DNA from: Octopus bimaculoides
Taxonomy: Eukaryota
Length of the DNA: 41,372 bases
Assembly: GCF_001194135.2 (NCBI RefSeq)
Contig: NC_068983.1
Span: forward strand, 140,766,689-140,808,060
Direction of reading: 5' to 3'
Shown here: positions 35,909 through 41,372 of the stretch, piece after piece
How positions within the stretch are numbered: the stretch's first letter is position 1
How the letters are laid out: each line of letters begins with the position of its first letter
Notes under the pieces: generated by a model
What the model was told of the DNA's origin: nothing
Databases searched by the model: none
The model's input: the letters and a program-made list of their open reading frames with translations, nothing else
Translations under genes and position numbers: made by a program

Positions 35909-36417
35909 ATACACTCTCTCTTTCCTTTCCTGAGCGTCCAATAATACTATCCATATCACGTCCTCACTTTGTTTTTTTGTTTTTTTGTTATTGTTTTTTT
36001 TTTAACTATATATATATATATTGTGTGTGTGTCTTTCGTTTGAAGCTATACATATTTAAGTTTGCCGTTTCTCTGAAGAACCGTATTTATCCTCCTTTCA
36101 GACTTTGTTTTGCGCTACACATCATTTACATCAAGAAATAATTTTCTTCAATACCCGAGATATTTCTAATACTGAATATTAAGTAATAAACGGGTAAATT
36201 ACGATTCTAACGGCGAGCATTCCATAATTTTAGCATGTCGAAATTAATACTGCAGTATGTTACTTTCGTTAAAAAACGCAGTAGTTCTTTGGAAAGCACA
36301 GAGAACATCAATCGTGGCGTGAGAATTTTAACAAATTGTGAGATTTCAAGAGCAATTTTTGAAAGTACACTCTCTCTCCATCTTGTTTCTAAACACAATG
36401 ATCCCTTTGCAGCGAAT

Positions 36418-36920
36418 ATCCGAGTCTCAACTGATTAGTCGATAGGCGTATCAAGATACTTATATGTAATGAAAACAAATGAGGTTTATTTCTCAACGCA
36501 TGCGCTCTTGCAGTCCACACACTTCTTCCATCGTTATTGCAGTGCTTGGATCCCATCGGTGAAGAAGTTTTCATCGTGCGGGACAAACATTTCATCAACA
36601 TATATGACTTTATCATCACTGCGATACTGATTCCCAGCCAAATGTTTTTCATATTGGGTAACAGATGATAGTCAGATAGAGCCGAATCAGGAAAATAGGG
36701 AGGGTTATCAACCAGTCTAATGTCAATGATGCACTGCAGCCATTGAAACCAATGACCTGTGTGCTGGACTTTTGTCCTAATGAAACAAGATCCCTTTCTT
36801 CAGTTTTCCTGGAAGATTGGTGTTGATGACCTTACGTAAGTGCCTCAGCAAGTTGGTATAGTATTCTCGATTGATGGTGCACCCATTTTGCATCCCTGAA
36901 AGCCATCCTGTAGTGGACAA
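36418..36920 (-). mobile_element. Mariner transposase C-terminal remnant with 3' terminus
   Basis: TINREYYTNLLRHLRKVINTNLPGKLKKGILFH*DKSPAH, then frameshifted EKHLAGNQYRSDD..DENFFTDGIQALQ*RWKKCVD..CVEK. Confidence 0.85.
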
Positions 36921-37194
36921 AAACCTGAGAGAGATTCTTGAGATCTGACATATAGTGTCGGGGTTTACGTATAATAATAAAATGATTTTAAAAAAGTAAG
37001 TATATACGGTGTACACGGAAAAAGAAAGGAAATATGCATAGCATACAAAAGTAGCCGGAACGTTTCAGATTGGTATAAAATATTATAAGTACGTAGCAAA
37101 AAGTTCTTCCTACACGCATTAGAAAAGAAGATACCTCTGTTAGAATGGTAACATCTCCAGAAATTTAAAGATGCTCGGCGAGAATATAAGGCAG

Positions 37195-37265
37195 AAACAA
37201 CAGCAAAATACAAACAAAAGTTTGATCAGAAACAGCAGCAATATACAAACAAAGATTTGATCAAA
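37195..37265 (+). repeat. About 35-bp tandem duplication
   Basis: aaacaacagcaaaatacaaacaaaagtttgatcag followed by aaacagcagcaatatacaaacaaagatttgatcaa. Confidence 0.75.
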
Positions 37266-37329
37266 AAGCACATGGATAAGATAGAGGGGTACTGCATATC
37301 GACTTCTCTTTTAGGTGAAACATCAATGC

Positions 37330-37905
37330 ATGAAGTTCTGCAATGAACTGGAAATCGCCTGTCAGTGGTAAGGTACCATATTATGACAGAAACGAATGAC
37401 AAATGTCTACGAATATAAGACGGAAAATTTAATATGTTTGCATACACACTAGCGTGGCTATATATTTGTCCGCCAGTGAGTATTCACATACTTATAGGCT
37501 TATAATTCATTTGTCTGCTAATACAAGATCGGTTCACCCATGCCCAATAATCAGCTGATTACTCATCTGCCAAAATATACTAATTTAACACTGGGTAACA
37601 GGTAAATGCATAAGTGCAAGTATGGGTATGAAGAGTAGCAAATACTGAACGAAATAATTTTAAGAGATTGCAAAACGAATGCAACCATTCACCACATCGA
37701 CTACTGAAAGGCGTTTGATAACATTGCAAACTCTGGAGAGACATTTTACACATGCAAAACAGCGCCAGAACTAACATATGAAAATGGAAAACAACACTAA
37801 ATTGAGTGAGGATAACAGAAAGCAAACACTAACTATAGCTCAAGCAGAGGAATATTCAACAGATTCTTTTTTGTGCTCTTATTCTTTTGATGCCAATCAA
37901 AATAA
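37330..37905 (+). mobile_element. Highly degraded RLE-type LINE RT fragment
   Basis: Relic motifs in order: NWKSP (NWKAPG), PNNQLITHLP (NYRPITCLP), QILNEIILRDCK, IDY*KAFDNI, RGIF..DS. Confidence 0.62.
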
Positions 37906-38884
37906 ACCCATTTTATGGGTTCTAGGAATCCGTAAAATATTTAAATGAATATTTCTTTTAAACTCATGTCAAGAAAATGGTAATTGGTGATCCATTAAAT
38001 CTAAAAATAAGCTTTAAAATGTGCTTGCTAAATAAAAACAAGAGCTCTTCTAAATTTAAGAGACAGATGAATATTCTGAAAATGATATTTGATAATGTCT
38101 CCCCAATTAATTTATTATTTAATTCTGAAGTATTCAAATGTTACAAAAATAATAAGTCTGAAATTGATTTCTATACTACGGTTTACCAAGTGAATAAGTA
38201 TATATAGGAATACAGCTAATATCATCTTGAATAGGATTTGAGATTTCTACTTGTTGTACAAGTATGTGATAGGAAACACTATCCTTCACATTGATGTATA
38301 AAACTTTCTCATGTTCCTCATTTTTATAGTTCATTTTATTTTCACTTTATTTCATAAGCAAACATCTGTTTCATTTTGTAATGTAATTTGCTCCATTGTT
38401 CTATAAATTGTAGGATTTAATTACATTCATTAATTTAGTATTAACCCTCTGATCACAAAATTTCTGGTTACTTTAAAAAAGACATTTAAAAGAAGTAGCA
38501 GCTTTTTTTTTTATTTTAATAACAGTTTTAGCTTTTCTATGGTGTTCAAGAATTTTTTGTTCGCTCATTTATTATTATTAACTCCCGTTATTATATCATA
38601 AATTTACGAACTAGGCTTAAACTCAATTTTGATTTCTACATCAAACTGACATATTAGAAATTAAAGGATAAAAATTAACTTGAAAAAATATGACAACAAT
38701 TTAAATTAATCTAGATTAATTATGAGGAATAGGTAATAACGTAAACCATTAAAATCTCTGGCAACATTATAGAGTTATATGATAAATATGTTGTAAACTA
38801 ATTATGTATTGTTGTGTAGAAAAGTTACGGTATATATTGATTATCTGTATCTTCGCTGTGGATAAAAAGAAAAACATTGTCCAA

Positions 38885-39103
38885 AATGATTGTGGTTTCA
38901 AATTCTGGCACTAGGTCGGCATGTTTGGAGGAAGGGATAAGTTTATTAAATCGTCCGCAATGCACAATTGGTACTTTATTTTATCTACGCCCAAAAATGA
39001 AATGAAAAGTTAACCTCGGCGAAATTTTAACTCAAGCGTAAAAACTACTGAAATGCCGCCAAGCATTTGCTCTGCATGCTAATGATTGTGTCAAAACGCC
39101 GCT
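38885..39103 (-). mobile_element. SINE family 1, diverged
   Basis: Reverse complement collinear with the 24838 copy, including the GCCAGAATTTGAAACCAC tail. Confidence 0.8.
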
Positions 39104-39120
39104 TTAATTATAATAATAAT

Positions 39121-39332
39121 CCTTTCTACTGGAAGCACAAGGCCTCAAATTTTGGGGAAGGAATTAAGTCAATTCCATCGACATCAGTGCATAACTGGTA
39201 ATTATTTTATCAACTCCGAAAGGATGAAAGACAAAGTGGACCTCGGTGGAATTTGAACTCAGAAAGTAGCTGCAGACGAAACATCGCTAAACATTTTGCC
39301 CGGTTTGCTAACAATTCTGCCAGCTCGACATC
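39121..39332 (-). mobile_element. SINE family 1, full length
   Basis: Reverse complement GTCGAGCTGGCAGAATTGTTAGC...CTGAGTTCAAATTCCACCGAGGTCCACTTTGTCTTTCATCCTTTCGGAG...CAGTAGAAAGG followed by (ATT)n. Confidence 0.9.
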
Positions 39333-39343
39333 TTATTTAATAC

Positions 39344-39368
39344 CAACAAAAACAACAACAACAACAAC

Positions 39369-39417
<49 letters not shown>

Positions 39418-39419
39418 GC

Positions 39420-39477
<58 letters not shown>
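39344..39477. repeat. (AAC)n-(AAT)n microsatellite, the expanded tail of the adjacent minus-strand SINE
   Basis: Directly visible. Confidence 0.95.
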
Positions 39478-39478
<1 letters not shown>

Positions 39479-39480
39479 GC

Positions 39481-39664
39481 ATCCTTTCCACTAAAAAACA
39501 CAAAGAAAGAAATTTTGGAAGAAGAGACTAATCGATTACATCAAGTCAGGTGTTTCACTGGAACTCAATTTTCGAACCCGAAAGGATCAAAGGCAAGGTC
39601 GACATCGGCAGAAATGCCGCTAAACATTCGGCAAGGCGTGCTAATAAATCTGCCAGCTTGCTGC
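39481..39664 (-). mobile_element. SINE family 1 with B-box deletion
   Basis: Head and body present; the segment TTTGAACTCAG...GACG seen in the 39121 copy is missing. Confidence 0.82.
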
Positions 39665-39680
39665 TTTTAAAAAACATAAT

Positions 39681-39800
39681 AAGTACAGACACTCACCATC
39701 TTGATTCTAATCACAATGAATCCTTTGCAGAGTTTATTTGAGTCTCGACTTATAGGTCCCTATATGTATCGAGATATTCACATGTAATGCGAACATGTGA
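39681..39800 (+). repeat. Diverged direct copy of 36363-36483 (mariner end plus adjacent sequence)
   Basis: ccatcttg.ttctaa.cacaatga..cctttgcag.g..tat..gagtctc...tatc.agata.t.a.atgtaatg is shared between the two sites. Confidence 0.75.
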
Positions 39801-39959
39801 GAGAGAGATATATGCCATCAAAGTGGACACTGGGGTATAAATAAACGAAGCCCGATAAACCGATCTTGGCTACCCGTCTGATAAGAGTACATCAGGCACA
39901 TGCATCACAACCATATGTACGCGACACGGTGATCTCATATCAAGATAAACAGGGCATGA

Positions 39960-40592
39960 CACAGCTTCTAACGTTGTAGATATACTACAATGTCAGCAGT
40001 TCACTACCAGTGAACTAAGGTAACACCTTATTTTTCGAGCACCTTCTGGAGTATTCGAGCACTTCCAAACAGTGCTGTTTTCTGAAAGTGCTCCACCCTT
40101 ATTGCAGCCCCTATATATCCCAAGTACCTCTCGAGATTTGTTCTCACTGTTCCCAGGTATCCGACAATTATTGGTGCCACTGCTAACTTTTTCATCGACC
40201 CCAACGACTTAACTTCCCAAGCTAACCTGTCATATCTCTCAACATTTATTTCTTCCTTATCGCATACCTTGTTGTTAACTGGGCATGCCATATCTATGAT
40301 CCAGCATAGTTTGTTATCTTTCTCAATTAAAACAATGTCCAGCTTCCTATTCTCTATCTCATGGTCGCACTGAATCATAAAATCCCATAGGATCTTTGCA
40401 TTACTATTTTCGACGATGACTTCAGGTTTATGGTCGTACCAATGTTTTTTCTGTCCATACTTGTTGCAAAGTGTCCAATAGACAAGCCTGGTTATATTGT
40501 CATGGCGTCGCTTATATTCCTTCTGGGGTAGTAGCGTACATTGGCTTGTAATATGCCATGCGGTTTCACGGTTTTGTTCTCAGATTCTGCAG
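39960..40592 (-). mobile_element. 5'-truncated RLE LINE (R4/Dong-like), family B
   Basis: CRI*EQNRETAWHITSQC..LPQKEYKRRHD, WYDHKPE, KILWDFMIQCDHEIENRKLDIVLIEK..CWIIDMACP, PIIVGYLG, KTALFGSARILQKVL. Confidence 0.9.

Positions 40593-40622
<30 letters not shown>
40593..40622. repeat. (ATT)10, read as an (AAT)n tail on the LINE strand
   Basis: Directly visible between two LINE copies. Confidence 0.97.
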
Positions 40623-40625
<3 letters not shown>

Positions 40626-41372
40626 TAGTTTTATTTTTATAACGTGCTTTCACTTAACTACCGAGCGCAGTTCTGTGCGCCTTGGGTATGTGCTGTGGAT
40701 TGTTGTGGTGCTCTTATGTTTACTGTATTGAAAGTGTTTTGCGTAGAATGTGTGCAGTACCCAGTAGTGCAATTTTCTGCATGTTATATACATTTGTAAG
40801 TCCTGGTGTTTTTGTTATGTATTTGTCTGAATATTTTTTTTTATTATACCTAAGGCACCTACTATGATAGGAATTGTTTCTGTTTTTAGACTCCACATTC
40901 GAGTTATCTCTATTTCCAAATCTTTGCATTTTGAAAGTTTTTCCATTTCTTTTAGAGAAGTTGTCATCTGCTGGTATTGATACATCAATTAGAAAGCATT
41001 TTTTTTTCTTCATGATCTTTGACAACTATATCAGGTTTATCTGCCTTAATTTCTCTATCTGTGTGTATTGGCATATCCCAGAGTATGGTTGCTTTCTCGT
41101 TTTCTGTGACCTTTTCTGGCGTGTGTTTATACCATCTTTTTTCTGTTGTTATTCCATAGTGTTGGCATAGCTTCCAGTGTATATAGGTCCCAGTTCTGTC
41201 GTGTCTGTGAATATATTCCTTCTTAGCCAGGACTGGGCAGCCAAAGATAATATGATTTATTGTTTCTTGTCCATCTACACAAATTCTACAGTTACTTGTT
41301 ATGTTTCTTTTCATTATATGCTTTTGGTAATTTCTGGTGGGGAGGCTTTGGTCTTGTGCAGCAATTAAAAAT
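40623..41372 (-). mobile_element. RLE LINE (R4/Dong-like), family A, 3' end with UTR and (AAT)n tail; continues beyond the window
   Basis: FLIAAQDQSLPTRNY, CRICVDGQETINHIIFGCPVLAKKEYIHRHD, ILWDMPIHTDREIKADKPDIVVKD, CFLIDVSIP, PIIVGALG, QKIALLGTAHILRKTL; several frameshifts at homopolymers. Confidence 0.93.

Noticed and set aside
39800-39958. Non-coding segment between the mariner-end copy and LINE B, possibly another element's 3' end
   Set aside because: No second copy in the window and no diagnostic motif, so it cannot be classified from the sequence alone.

Overview
AT-rich, microsatellite-dense eukaryotic non-coding DNA with five assembly gaps (N runs at 1737-2499, 12057-12195, 26149-26322, 27052-27061, 35621-35780). 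The repeat style resembles a coleoid cephalopod (Octopus-like) genome, which is an inference only. No host protein-coding gene can be called confidently, and most ORF-track entries are artefacts of microsatellites or N gaps. The window is mostly transposon remains. There are three Penelope-like element (PLE) fragments: a stop-free RT frame running off the left edge and two GIY-YIG endonuclease ends. There are at least seven fragments of non-LTR retrotransposons with a restriction-like endonuclease (RLE; R4/Dong-like), several abutting (AAT)n or (CATA)n repeats. There is also one CR1/L2-type RT fragment, two mariner remnants, and about a dozen tRNA-derived SINE copies from two families. The most notable items are three hammerhead-ribozyme-like motifs (11784, 13158, 35882), two of them beside PLE remnants; head-to-tail RLE LINEs joined through an (AAT)n tract; tandem SINE arrays with a re-used target site; and a PLE with a 107-aa in-frame low-complexity linker. 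All family assignments come from manual translation and motif recognition, not database searches.
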